Assembly (NCBI GenBank): GCA_016867115.1
Contig: VGKG01000004.1
Location: forward strand, 6,536 to 70,535
Direction of reading: 5' to 3'
Source of the DNA: Candidatus Omnitrophota bacterium
Lineage (GTDB): Bacteria; Omnitrophota; Gorgyraeia; Gygaellales; Profunditerraquicolaceae
DNA length: 64,000 nt
Made by a program: the position numbers and the translations under genes. Below the pieces are notes generated by a model, which worked only from the letters and a program-made list of their open reading frames with translations, did not search any database and was not told the origin of the DNA. Shown in pieces: positions 15,963-25,295 of the stretch. Position 1 is the first letter of the stretch, and each line of letters opens with the position of its first letter.

Positions 15963-17000
15963 TTAATTATGACTCGGATAATTCTTCCATTTCAGGTAAT
16001 AATTTTCATAAAAGTTCAGCGCACCTGAAAATATTCTAGAGAAACTGGCGGTAAAATATGGCTCTTTTTTATAAACTGAGCCGAAACTTGCCTTAAATCG
16101 TGAAACCCCTTCATTTTCCCTGCTACCGCCATACATATCGTATGTTTTCAAGCCCATTCCAATAAATCTTTTAATGCCTTCCCATAAAAGAAGGTTATTT
16201 ATCCTGAGCTGGCTGAATTCGGGGCTGGATGCTGAAACAAACGCATATGCTGTTTCTGTATCATATCCCCAGATATGCCCGCCTGCAAAATCACCCTTAT
16301 AAAATGCACCCAAGAAAAGCAATTGGCCGCGGGTGGCGATTGCATCATACAGATAACCCAGGCGTTCATACCTGAAAGGAACAGTCATCTTCTTTTTCTT
16401 ATATGTTTGAGTGACAAGTTCATAAAGAGGCCTGAAAAACGCTCTATCCTTCAGTTCCTTTATCTCTATCCCGCTTTTGTAGGCATTTTTTATGTTCTTT
16501 TTACAATTATAATGGAGCTTCTCCCATTGCCTGTCTTCATTTTCTTCCAGCTCCAATATCCAGGTTTCCCGGTATCTTATTGAAAATCCAGCAGAACGCA
16601 TGATCTCTTCATCGAGCAGAGCCCCTGAGGTTTCAAAGTACGCGACCTTCTCTTTCCGGCATAATCTTTTTACATCCGCGATCAATTCGCGCTTAGCATT
16701 ACCGTCCAAAGGCTCCCTAAATAATAACGGGCCCATCCTTGAAGTCAGCCATCCTCTCAAAGGGCTGCCTAAAAGACGAAACGGTCCCTTTCTTACCGTT
16801 ATGAACGGCCAGTATCCGCAAATCTCGTCGTTGATTTTTATGGAATAGACATGAAGTGCACCCTTATGCTCTCTGCAGATAAAATCCAACCAGGGCAATG
16901 AATGAAAAAGCAAAGACTTAGAGTGAATTTTAACCCAATCTGTATATTGGGCTATCTGTTTGTCGTCGTCCAAATTTACTGCAGATATAGTTTTAAACAA
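15963..17000 (-). CDS. FemAB-family/GNAT-like acyl(aminoacyl)transferase
   Basis: 345 aa. Two-lobed layout with GNAT-like segments (…FLGAFYKGDFAGGHIWGYD… NLLLWEGIKRFIGMGLKTYDMYG) resembling FemAB or BioF2-like N-acyltransferases. Confidence 0.45.
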   Translation of the reverse strand: MFKTISAVNLDDDKQIAQYTDWVKIHSKSLLFHSLPWLDFICREHKGALHVYSIKINDEICGYWPFITVRKGPFRLLGSPLRGWLTSRMGPLLFREPLDGNAKRELIADVKRLCRKEKVAYFETSGALLDEEIMRSAGFSIRYRETWILELEENEDRQWEKLHYNCKKNIKNAYKSGIEIKELKDRAFFRPLYELVTQTYKKKKMTVPFRYERLGYLYDAIATRGQLLFLGAFYKGDFAGGHIWGYDTETAYAFVSASSPEFSQLRINNLLLWEGIKRFIGMGLKTYDMYGGSRENEGVSRFKASFGSVYKKEPYFTASFSRIFSGALNFYENYYLKWKNYPSHN

Positions 17001-17017
17001 CTCTCCGACCTCGAAAT

Positions 17018-17983
17018 TTACGCATTTTCTACCAGATAGACCATATCATTACCGAGCATCTGGGCATCAAATTTATTTAAGAGAGATTGGAAGAAGATGG
17101 TCTGCATAGATGTCAACCGGATAAAATTACCCTGCTTCAACGCATGGGAAGCCAGGATGAACATATCCGGATATGAAAAAGAATATCTGTCGATGATCTT
17201 AAAGTTATATTTCTTGAAATACGCCTCTAATGTTTTCGGCGTAAAATAATAAGTATGCACAGGCACCTCTACGCAATCGGGAAAGATCCGGTAAAGGATA
17301 CCGTCGTAATTCGGCACCGCAATGATGAGCCTACCTCCTCTTTTCAATAGTTTTTTAAAAACCTTGAAATACTCTGCCGGCGATGCCGCATGCTCTAAAG
17401 ACCAGTTCATGCGGATACAGTCAAAATCCCGCTCTTCCAGTTCGAAAATAGACGGCAGGACTTTCAATCCGTATTTTTGCGTAATTTTTGTTACCTCAGG
17501 AGACGGCTCCACACCAATTACCTCAAATCCTCTTTTCTTAAGACTATATATAGAGGACCTGTAGCCGAAGAAATGTGTGTTTAATCCGCTGCCGCATCCG
17601 ACATCCAGGAACTTTCCCGGCTTGATCGTCTTTACATAGTCTTTCTTCTTCGGTTGCAGCAATTTATGGAAAATCCCCCCCGAGAACGGCACTAGCGCAA
17701 AGAGCAAATTAAGATACGGAGTTGATACTGCACGGCTGATAGCGTATCTTAGTTTATACAGATATAAGTTACGGTCGGAATAAAATTCATAGTCTTTCGG
17801 ATAAAAACACTTTAAGTCTTCATCTTTGTCTACATCCAAATAGATCAATCCGCAATCACGGCATTTTCTTAGATAGAACTCCCTATCCTGCGGAGCGCAT
17901 CTATGTATAATATCTTTTTGCGCTACCAGTAGATCGGACCTGTCTGAATTACAAAAATCGCAATATCTCGGCATCTCATTCAA
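17018..17983 (-). CDS. Class I SAM-dependent methyltransferase with N-terminal Cys4 zinc-ribbon
   Basis: CDFCNS…CRDCG ribbon, then LDVGCGSGLN motif I and RGGRLIIAV post-motif II. The architecture is reminiscent of NDP-sugar C-methyltransferases. Confidence 0.6.
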   Translation of the reverse strand: MNEMPRYCDFCNSDRSDLLVAQKDIIHRCAPQDREFYLRKCRDCGLIYLDVDKDEDLKCFYPKDYEFYSDRNLYLYKLRYAISRAVSTPYLNLLFALVPFSGGIFHKLLQPKKKDYVKTIKPGKFLDVGCGSGLNTHFFGYRSSIYSLKKRGFEVIGVEPSPEVTKITQKYGLKVLPSIFELEERDFDCIRMNWSLEHAASPAEYFKVFKKLLKRGGRLIIAVPNYDGILYRIFPDCVEVPVHTYYFTPKTLEAYFKKYNFKIIDRYSFSYPDMFILASHALKQGNFIRLTSMQTIFFQSLLNKFDAQMLGNDMVYLVENA

Positions 17984-17991
17984 TTCCGGCT

Positions 17992-19461
17992 TTATAAACC
18001 TTTCTGCGCGGCCACCTCGAGCTTATATCCAGGCGCAATCGCAAGTTTAATAAGCCAAAGAATAAATACCGCCATGAAAAATGCTTTTACTGATTCCACA
18101 ATATCTCCCCCGAGGAAAAGCTGGATCACCAGATGCTGAAAAAATAAAACCTTTAGAACTAAGCTGATATTAGATCTCATCACAATAACTGAAATCATTC
18201 CCCATAAGAAAACTACAAAAAAAGCGAAATAACCGAAAAGCAGGTAAGTGACGCCTAAAAAAGTCGGTAATTCAGTGACTTTGCTTATCTCTTCCCGGGG
18301 CAATTTCCATACAACCGTTGTATATTTCTGTAACATATTCGGTTTATCCGGAAACAGATTTGGGACGGGAATCAATCTTCTGGCGGCATCTTCACCTAAC
18401 GATGATGGATTAACACACCCCCTTAGTTCGTCTTTTTTATCCTCTGACACTGCTACGGCAAGCCAATCGACCCCCCCTAGCCTACTGGAGTTAGCTATTA
18501 AGTCATCGATATAGCCCTGGCTGGCTTTTTTAAATATCCTGCTGAACTGGTCCATTGATTTAACTCCAAGAATAATACTTGTTCTCACGCTAACGCTAAG
18601 CGGAGCCATTACCGGGAACGTAAGCATAATAATCAGGACTAGTGCCAATGTCTTTTTCTTGAATGTGTAGTTCTCAAGCATTATTTTCACAACAAAGTAG
18701 CTGAGTGCTATAGATATGACCGCGGCTTTACTCCCCTGGGAAAGCGAGGTAAGCATTAATAAGGCAAAAATAATTAAAATTGTAATATTCTCTTTAGTTT
18801 TCCTTCTTATATCCGGGTGTAACAGAATAATAAAAATAATCAATTGAACGAAATTGAAATAGAACAATAAATGCAGGACCAATTTCATAACGAAGCTCTG
18901 GGTAATCCTTGTGTTTAAAAGCGCTCCTTCGGCCGTATGCTGATAATAAACTGACATTATAATCCTTATAAGATAAACACATAGGCTTACTATGTAAAAC
19001 TTCATCCTGCTTGATTCAGAATACATCCATTTAGGCAGCCATTTGCTTTCTTTACTATTTCCTTTCTTTAAGGGGATAAATTCCCCGGCCTTAAAACCTA
19101 TGAAAACGGCGATTGTGCAGATCAGCAGATAAAGAAGGGCGGTATTAATATCGCTTGTAGTATAATTTACGGTCCGGGCATACCTTATGGATTCCGGGAA
19201 AATATACAAAAAAACGATCCTTTGCGCATAAAAAATAAGGCTTAACAGAAAAAATATGTAGACCGCAACCTTTGTGCTTCCTTTATAAAGATACAGACTT
19301 ATTATTAAGAGAACGAAGTATATGGATGACAACAGAATAGCATTTCCCTTAATGAGTATCCGGTAAGATTCCGGTAAGTTCGGAGCCAATAATAATACGT
19401 AAAGAAAAATAAGCGATCCAAGAAGTATATTACGGATATGTATTCCGGCCTCTTCTTTCAT
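17992..19461 (-). CDS. Polytopic membrane protein, putative O-antigen/oligosaccharide polymerase (Wzy-like)
   Basis: About 490 aa with at least 10 TM helices, AT-rich. Start chosen at the internal MKEEAGIH, which gives a 4-nt ATGA overlap with the upstream GT2. The track ORF extends to 19527. Confidence 0.45.
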   Translation of the reverse strand: MKEEAGIHIRNILLGSLIFLYVLLLAPNLPESYRILIKGNAILLSSIYFVLLIISLYLYKGSTKVAVYIFFLLSLIFYAQRIVFLYIFPESIRYARTVNYTTSDINTALLYLLICTIAVFIGFKAGEFIPLKKGNSKESKWLPKWMYSESSRMKFYIVSLCVYLIRIIMSVYYQHTAEGALLNTRITQSFVMKLVLHLLFYFNFVQLIIFIILLHPDIRRKTKENITILIIFALLMLTSLSQGSKAAVISIALSYFVVKIMLENYTFKKKTLALVLIIMLTFPVMAPLSVSVRTSIILGVKSMDQFSRIFKKASQGYIDDLIANSSRLGGVDWLAVAVSEDKKDELRGCVNPSSLGEDAARRLIPVPNLFPDKPNMLQKYTTVVWKLPREEISKVTELPTFLGVTYLLFGYFAFFVVFLWGMISVIVMRSNISLVLKVLFFQHLVIQLFLGGDIVESVKAFFMAVFILWLIKLAIAPGYKLEVAAQKGL

Positions 19462-20309
19462 ACCTGAAATACCCTCGGTAGAATGGTTAGCAGCCTGAAG
19501 AACATGTCTAATCTTGCGGCCCGGCATGAACGGTAGGCTGCTCCGGCAAAGATCCTCGCCCTTCTTCTTATCATCAGAAATTTATAATAGGGCGTCTTTT
19601 GCTCCCAATACTTAAAATGAGAATTAACCACATTTATGGTATTTTCTGCATGCCTGACTATATTGTTTGTAATAGAGCTGCTCTGGATCGTGTATTCCCC
19701 GAGTATCTCATGTAAATATTCTATCCTGCATATCTTAGAGAGCCTCAGCCACAGTTCATAATCTTCGACGCCGTTAAAATCCATATTTTCCGAGAATAAA
19801 CCTGCCTCGAAAAGCTTATTCCTTCGCACAATCACTGCTGATGTCGATATGCAATTTCTTCTAAAAAGCAGGTCCGGATAATCCCTGAACGGCCCGTAAA
19901 TAAGCTTTGAGATAACCCTGCCATCCTTTACCAGATATTCGTTATGGCAGATCAGATCCGCATCTCTGTGGACTTGGATATAATTATTAACATTCGCCAG
20001 CTTTTCGCTGGCCCATTTATCATCTGCGTCTAAAAAAGCGACGAAATCGCCTTCGGCTTCTCTGACGGCGCAGTTTCTTGCCCCGCCGATCCCCTTATTC
20101 TTTTGCCTTATTAACTTATATTGCGCACCCGGAAGATTCTTAAAATAATTTTCGATTACCGCGGAAGTGTTATCCGTTGAGCCGTCATCGGTAATGACCA
20201 CCTCGTAATTCCCGTAGGTCTGCTTCCGCACGGAATCTAATGTCCTGCCGATATATTTTTCAGCATTATATGCGGGGATGACCACGCTAAATTTAATATT
20301 TTCTCTCAT
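19458..20309 (-). CDS. Glycosyltransferase family 2
   Basis: FSVVIPAYNAEKYIGRTLDSVRKQT ... DADD signature. Confidence 0.75.
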   Translation of the reverse strand: MRENIKFSVVIPAYNAEKYIGRTLDSVRKQTYGNYEVVITDDGSTDNTSAVIENYFKNLPGAQYKLIRQKNKGIGGARNCAVREAEGDFVAFLDADDKWASEKLANVNNYIQVHRDADLICHNEYLVKDGRVISKLIYGPFRDYPDLLFRRNCISTSAVIVRRNKLFEAGLFSENMDFNGVEDYELWLRLSKICRIEYLHEILGEYTIQSSSITNNIVRHAENTINVVNSHFKYWEQKTPYYKFLMIRRRARIFAGAAYRSCRAARLDMFFRLLTILPRVFQV

Positions 20310-22185
20310 CTTCTATCTTTTTCAACGATTCGGCGATCCTTTCAGATGAGCGGCCGTCTGCCTTGAAAAAACATTGCCGCTCAATGAAGCTCTTTGTCGT
20401 TTCAGTGGGGTGAAATTGATGGGGATTGCTGGCGAAATTTTCTAATCCCTTTCTTAATTCTAAGACCGAGTAAAACTTCGGGATTTCCACTTCTAAATCA
20501 CGAAAGACAGAAGCATTGTAGCCTGCCGTAAGCCACTGAAATATAGGGGCGCCCTGCAGTAAAGCCTCTTCCGCCACCGTAGAGTAAGTGAATATTACCA
20601 GATCCGCCATCTTAAGGTTCTCATCGAGCGTCCCTTTTGTTGATATAATCTTATGCCGGTAAGGGCGGTATTCCCGTAAATCCTCCATTCTCGCAAACGG
20701 ATGACTTCTGATATAAAGCTTTATATTCTTAAGGCCCTCGGCGGCGGCGCTGGCTGCCTGGACCATTTCAAAATCATGCCGGGGATTCAGAGTGGCTACA
20801 AGCAGCACGTTATAAATTTCCTTATCCTGCCTGTTTTCCTGCCGGGCTGAGATCCTAATATTTTCATGCCTCGGAGAACCGGTAAGCAATATTCTTTCCT
20901 GCGAAAATCCGTCTTCTATGAAGATATCTCTCCCTAATTCGCCCATAGCAAACATGTAATCAGGTACCGGGACGCTACGATTATCAGGCTTACCGTACAG
21001 CTCTCTTTCACGGTCGAGCGCAAGGAAAGTCTTTTCTCTGTTATAACTGGCATGCTGGATCGTACAATGAATTGCTTCCGGCCTTGCGGAGCGGCCTCCT
21101 TCATACAATGCCCTTGAATGCGGATAAAATTCTAAGAAAGTAAAGTTTATCTTCGGCCCGTACTCTACAAAAGCCCTGCGGCTTGAAGATTCTATGAGCG
21201 TAAAAAGCGGAATTGTAGAACTAACAAAATCGCATATCAGAAGATGGTTTAAGAACGGAAAAAAATCTAATCCTTCTTCGGTAAAAAGATCCCTGAATGA
21301 ACTTAAACGTCTAAATCTCAGGTACCGGTATAGAGGCCGAAAATCCAAAGCGGCAAACAGGACGTCTTTTAAGCTAAGAAATTTTTGCAAAAATATAAGT
21401 TGCGGGTGCCCTTTTACGCGGCTCAGGATCTGTTTCAGGGAACGTTTCTTTGCTCCCGGCTTATGAATCGGTGAAAGCCATAAAAGCCATGCATGCGTAA
21501 AGCCTTTCAATTTTAATTGCCCGGGGAGGGATTTAAAATAAATATCGTTTAGTGACTCTGCGTCATCACCGGGACAAACGCTCCAATCCCAAAATCCCTG
21601 AAAGAGGACATCAGGCCTTGACTTTGGCAGATCGGCAAATACTTTCAATGCAAAAAGAGCGGATAAAGTATCAAAAATCAATTTCATCCGAGAGAAAGCC
21701 CCCTTGGCCAAGGCAAGGAGTCTAATAAAATATCTTTTTATGCTCTTTCGGATGCGGTAGCGGCTGGAAAGCGCCTCTCTGATCTCGCAGGGGGCGCCGT
21801 ATAGAACGATATCTTTTATGTTTTGCCGTTTAGCCACATTCAAAATAGTGAAAACTTGCAGCATCACGTTAAAAGTAGGGTCGCTTTCTACATCCTTAAA
21901 ACTAAACTTGGTATACCACCAGGGATTGCCTCTTCCCGGAAACTCAAGTGCCTGCCTTAGGGTCCTTCCGTTACAGGCTGTTGCGCTGATGCGCGCAACC
22001 ATATCTATGTAGGCAAGACGCGCCTTTTCCCTTACCGCATTCATTTCTTTCCTGCCCAAAAGAACCTCGCCTCTGTAAGAGCTTGTAAACTTATATTCAG
22101 CTTCCGGCGTTAAGAAACTTAGTACCGTAGCATCCGGAGGGATTATCCGCGAGTCGAGTTTATAAACAATATGGAGACTGGACAT
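20293..22185 (-). CDS. Uncharacterised large glycan-locus protein (possible GT-B-like surface carbohydrate biosynthesis protein)
   Basis: 630 aa with no confidently recognisable family. The C-terminal part (…NVLLVATLNPRHD…LVIFTYSTVAEEALLQGAPIFQW) resembles the C-terminal Rossmann half of TagF/KpsS/Maf-type transferases. Coding status is well supported by length and context. Confidence 0.55.
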   Translation of the reverse strand: MSSLHIVYKLDSRIIPPDATVLSFLTPEAEYKFTSSYRGEVLLGRKEMNAVREKARLAYIDMVARISATACNGRTLRQALEFPGRGNPWWYTKFSFKDVESDPTFNVMLQVFTILNVAKRQNIKDIVLYGAPCEIREALSSRYRIRKSIKRYFIRLLALAKGAFSRMKLIFDTLSALFALKVFADLPKSRPDVLFQGFWDWSVCPGDDAESLNDIYFKSLPGQLKLKGFTHAWLLWLSPIHKPGAKKRSLKQILSRVKGHPQLIFLQKFLSLKDVLFAALDFRPLYRYLRFRRLSSFRDLFTEEGLDFFPFLNHLLICDFVSSTIPLFTLIESSSRRAFVEYGPKINFTFLEFYPHSRALYEGGRSARPEAIHCTIQHASYNREKTFLALDRERELYGKPDNRSVPVPDYMFAMGELGRDIFIEDGFSQERILLTGSPRHENIRISARQENRQDKEIYNVLLVATLNPRHDFEMVQAASAAAEGLKNIKLYIRSHPFARMEDLREYRPYRHKIISTKGTLDENLKMADLVIFTYSTVAEEALLQGAPIFQWLTAGYNASVFRDLEVEIPKFYSVLELRKGLENFASNPHQFHPTETTKSFIERQCFFKADGRSSERIAESLKKIEDERKY

Positions 22186-22190
22186 ATGAC

Positions 22191-22949
22191 TTATATAAGA
22201 AAAGGATTTGATGCGGAAACATTTAAAGTGAGTTCATCCCGCGAAGGGGTAAACTCTATGGCTCCGCCTGCAGCTTTTACCAATGCAAGGCCGCCTGCCG
22301 CATCCCATATCTTTATGTCGTTCTCATGATAGAAGTCGGCCCTTCCGCATGAGACATATGCCAGAGATAACGCTGCCGAACCGAGCAGGCGCACCTTTTT
22401 AAAGGTCCTTATATCTTCTATGGCTTTAAGCACTGAGTCTTTGGAGAAATCGGTGCCGGCCGGAAATCCCGTACACAAAACTGCCTTATGTTTATCCACC
22501 ACCATGCTTACGCCTATAGGTTCGCCATTTAGCCAGGCGCCGGCTCCGACAATGCCGCTAAAGGCCTCGCCTCTGTTAAAATCGTAGACTACCCCGAGTA
22601 TGGGCTCCATGCCTTTCCAGAGGCCGATAGAAATACAGGATAGCGGTATGCCGCGGGAAAAATTGAGGCTTCCGTCAAGAGGGTCAACGATCCATCTCGG
22701 ATCTTTCTCCTGTGATGTTCCCTGTAAAAAACCCTTCTCTTCAGAAATAATAGAGTATCCGGATTTCAGCTTAAGGCGCTCTATGATAGAATCTTCAAGT
22801 TTTTTATCCGCCTCTACCTTGACGTCTCTGTCCATGTCTAAAGTAACTGCTTTTGTATCTTCTGTCGTTTTCAGGATATCCCGGGCGGCATTCCTTGCCG
22901 CATCTTGAGCCAAAGACAATAAACTCTCCAAATCAGCGCGTTGCATCAT
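22191..22949 (-). CDS. Inositol monophosphatase family phosphatase (SuhB/CysQ-like)
   Basis: WIVDPLDGSLNFSRGIPLSCISIGL and the C-terminal WDAAGG motif. Confidence 0.8.
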   Translation of the reverse strand: MMQRADLESLLSLAQDAARNAARDILKTTEDTKAVTLDMDRDVKVEADKKLEDSIIERLKLKSGYSIISEEKGFLQGTSQEKDPRWIVDPLDGSLNFSRGIPLSCISIGLWKGMEPILGVVYDFNRGEAFSGIVGAGAWLNGEPIGVSMVVDKHKAVLCTGFPAGTDFSKDSVLKAIEDIRTFKKVRLLGSAALSLAYVSCGRADFYHENDIKIWDAAGGLALVKAAGGAIEFTPSRDELTLNVSASNPFLI

Positions 22950-23872
22950 AATATCTTCCTTAGTGCTTCAATAAGGTTGTCCACTGCCTCCATCTCCATA
23001 TTACGCCGGCACTCCGAAGTATAGGAACCGATGTGCGGCGTTAATATGACCTGCTTATATTTAAGTAAGGCACCGGAATATGGCTCACTCTGAAAAGTAT
23101 CCAGCCACGCCCCTGCCACCCGCCCACTGTCAAGCGCAGCTATAAGCGCGCCTTCATCAATCAGTCCACCCCTTGCGGCATTTAATATATAAACGCCGTC
23201 TTTCATAAGGTCGAATTGGCTTTTACCAAGCAAGCACTTTTCGCCGCTGCAGTGCAGAGTGATGACATCTGCGGCTTTAAGGGCATCGTCCAGATCTACA
23301 ACGGGAAAACCGCTGACTTTCCCTGAATACGCGGGGTCAACAGCGTAAATATCAGCCCCAAAGGCATTCAGCAATTGAGCGACCCTCTGTCCGATATTGC
23401 CGAATCCGATAACGGCAACATTCATTCCGTTAAGTTGCCTGCCGATTATCTTAAACCACTTATTATTATGAAGCGACGCATCCATCTGGCGGATATGGCG
23501 TAAGATACTCAATAGACATCCGACAGTAAGTTCTGCGACTGCTTCGATAGGAGCAGTTGGTGTATTCTTGACGGTAACCCCGAATTCCTTTGCTGCATCA
23601 AGGTCTACGTTTGAAAGCCCTGAGCCGCATCTTGAGATCACCTTCAATTCTGAATTCTTCAAAACATCCCTATCCAAAGGCTCAAGCCCGGCTATGATCC
23701 CACTCACCCCCGGTAATAAGTTAATCAACTCATCTTTCGTCAGTCTACGCTTAAAAGGATTTTCCACGACCTCAAACCCCATGCCTAATAGCTTTAACAA
23801 GGGGTCTTTATCCTCTTCCGAGAAAGTCGAAGTTCCTAACAATATTTTGATTTTAGATTTTCTTTCCGTCAT
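22946..23872 (-). CDS. D-isomer-specific 2-hydroxyacid dehydrogenase (PGDH-like)
   Basis: NVAVIGFGNIGQRVAQLL NAD-binding site and a catalytic-domain pattern. Confidence 0.8.
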   Translation of the reverse strand: MTERKSKIKILLGTSTFSEEDKDPLLKLLGMGFEVVENPFKRRLTKDELINLLPGVSGIIAGLEPLDRDVLKNSELKVISRCGSGLSNVDLDAAKEFGVTVKNTPTAPIEAVAELTVGCLLSILRHIRQMDASLHNNKWFKIIGRQLNGMNVAVIGFGNIGQRVAQLLNAFGADIYAVDPAYSGKVSGFPVVDLDDALKAADVITLHCSGEKCLLGKSQFDLMKDGVYILNAARGGLIDEGALIAALDSGRVAGAWLDTFQSEPYSGALLKYKQVILTPHIGSYTSECRRNMEMEAVDNLIEALRKIL

Positions 23873-23877
23873 ATTCT

Positions 23878-24663
23878 TTACTTGCTTAATTGTGGGTCTT
23901 TAAAGAGCATGTAAGTTCCCGGAGATTTATTGTCATAGGTGTTTTCAAGAACCCGTTCCTTTGCCTTGACAAGGGCAAATGGCGACATCCACTCTTTATA
24001 GATACTGACGGGCCTGGCCCGGCTTATAAATTTATCCGCATCAGTTGCGTTCCCGGTAACTTTTATAGACTCTGTCTTTTCTATAAGTAAGATGTAGCCT
24101 CGCGGGGCGAGTTTCTTTATCTCCTCAATGACGCTGCGGCAGAACTCATCAGGAAGATGCTGAAGCACTGTGCAAATCAAAGCAAAGTCAAAGATCCCTT
24201 TACCCATCTGGCTTATCCGGTCTAGCGTATCGCATTGATAGAATTCAATATCGGGAAGGAGCGTTTTTGCTACATCCACAAGGTGTGCCTCTCTTTCAAA
24301 GCCGACCACCCTGTCGGCAAATTCTTTAAGCACCATTATCAAGCGGCCGTAACCGCAACCTACTTCGCAAGCAGACCGGATGCGGGCCTCGGGGAGAACT
24401 TCGCGCATTATTGAACGGATCGTCTTTCTCTCCAGATAATTTCTCACATTATCCGTAGGCCCTGAAACATCGCTTACCCCGGCAGCAGTCCAGACAATGC
24501 GCGCATTACGGTCTCTCCATTTACCCCATAACTTCCGTCTGACTTTAATAATTACGGCTTTTGCCAGATACCCGAACGGGAGAGCCGTGGCATCGGGCAA
24601 TAATAACTCCTTTTTCTTAAAGAACTTGATTTCATTTTGATTCATGCAAAGACACCTCCGCAC
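23878..24663 (-). CDS. Class I SAM-dependent methyltransferase
   Basis: EVGCGYGRLIMVL motif I. 261 aa. Confidence 0.65.
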   Translation of the reverse strand: MRRCLCMNQNEIKFFKKKELLLPDATALPFGYLAKAVIIKVRRKLWGKWRDRNARIVWTAAGVSDVSGPTDNVRNYLERKTIRSIMREVLPEARIRSACEVGCGYGRLIMVLKEFADRVVGFEREAHLVDVAKTLLPDIEFYQCDTLDRISQMGKGIFDFALICTVLQHLPDEFCRSVIEEIKKLAPRGYILLIEKTESIKVTGNATDADKFISRARPVSIYKEWMSPFALVKAKERVLENTYDNKSPGTYMLFKDPQLSK

Positions 24664-25294
24664 TTTTTGCCTTATATTGAAGCCAGTTGGCGATCAAGTG
24701 GTCTAAGACCACATGGATATCTTCTACCGGGCCGTATTCGCCTTTCGGGGTATTTACATGTACCACCACGTCAGAGATGTTTTTAAGCTTCCCCCCGTCA
24801 AAACCGATGAAACTGATCACTCTGCCTCCTGCCGCCTTTATCCATTCTGCGGCTTCGATGATATTCGGCGAATTCCCGCTTGCCGAGATAGCTATCAATT
24901 TATCACCCGGGCGGTAATGAATCTTAAGCTGGTTGACAAATATATTGTTGTAACCGTCGTCATTTGCAATCGCAGTCATCAAAGCAGCATTGCCTGACAG
25001 GGCAAGCGCCCGGAAAGGAGTTTTGATCCCGGCCTTCTTTAACACGTCCATGCCGATATCATTGGCCATGTGCGAGGCAGTGGTCGCAGATCCGCCGTTT
25101 CCCGCAAGAAATATGGTATTTCCATTTTTCTGTGCGTTTTCAAGCTCTTTAACAGCATCTGCGATCGCCTTCGTGTCAAGCTGGCCGAGCAGGGTTGAAA
25201 GGTAATTTAGGTAGCCCCTGGCAAACTGCTCTACGTTTTTAGACTCGTTAAAAGTTCTTTCTATATTATTCATGTTCCCTCCCCGATATTCCAT
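24632..25294 (-). CDS. SIS-domain sugar-phosphate isomerase, GmhA-like (sedoheptulose-7-phosphate isomerase family)
   Basis: FLAGNGGSATTASHMANDI and ISASGNSPNIIEAAEWIKAAGGRVISF. 220 aa. Confidence 0.75.
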   Translation of the reverse strand: MEYRGGNMNNIERTFNESKNVEQFARGYLNYLSTLLGQLDTKAIADAVKELENAQKNGNTIFLAGNGGSATTASHMANDIGMDVLKKAGIKTPFRALALSGNAALMTAIANDDGYNNIFVNQLKIHYRPGDKLIAISASGNSPNIIEAAEWIKAAGGRVISFIGFDGGKLKNISDVVVHVNTPKGEYGPVEDIHVVLDHLIANWLQYKAKSAEVSLHESK

Positions 25295-25295
25295 T

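Noticed and set aside
19458-19527. 70-nt overlap between the Wzy-like gene and the upstream GT2
   Set aside because: The internal start MKEEAGIH at 19461 gives the 4-nt ATGA coupling seen throughout the locus, so the longer N-terminus is probably not translated.
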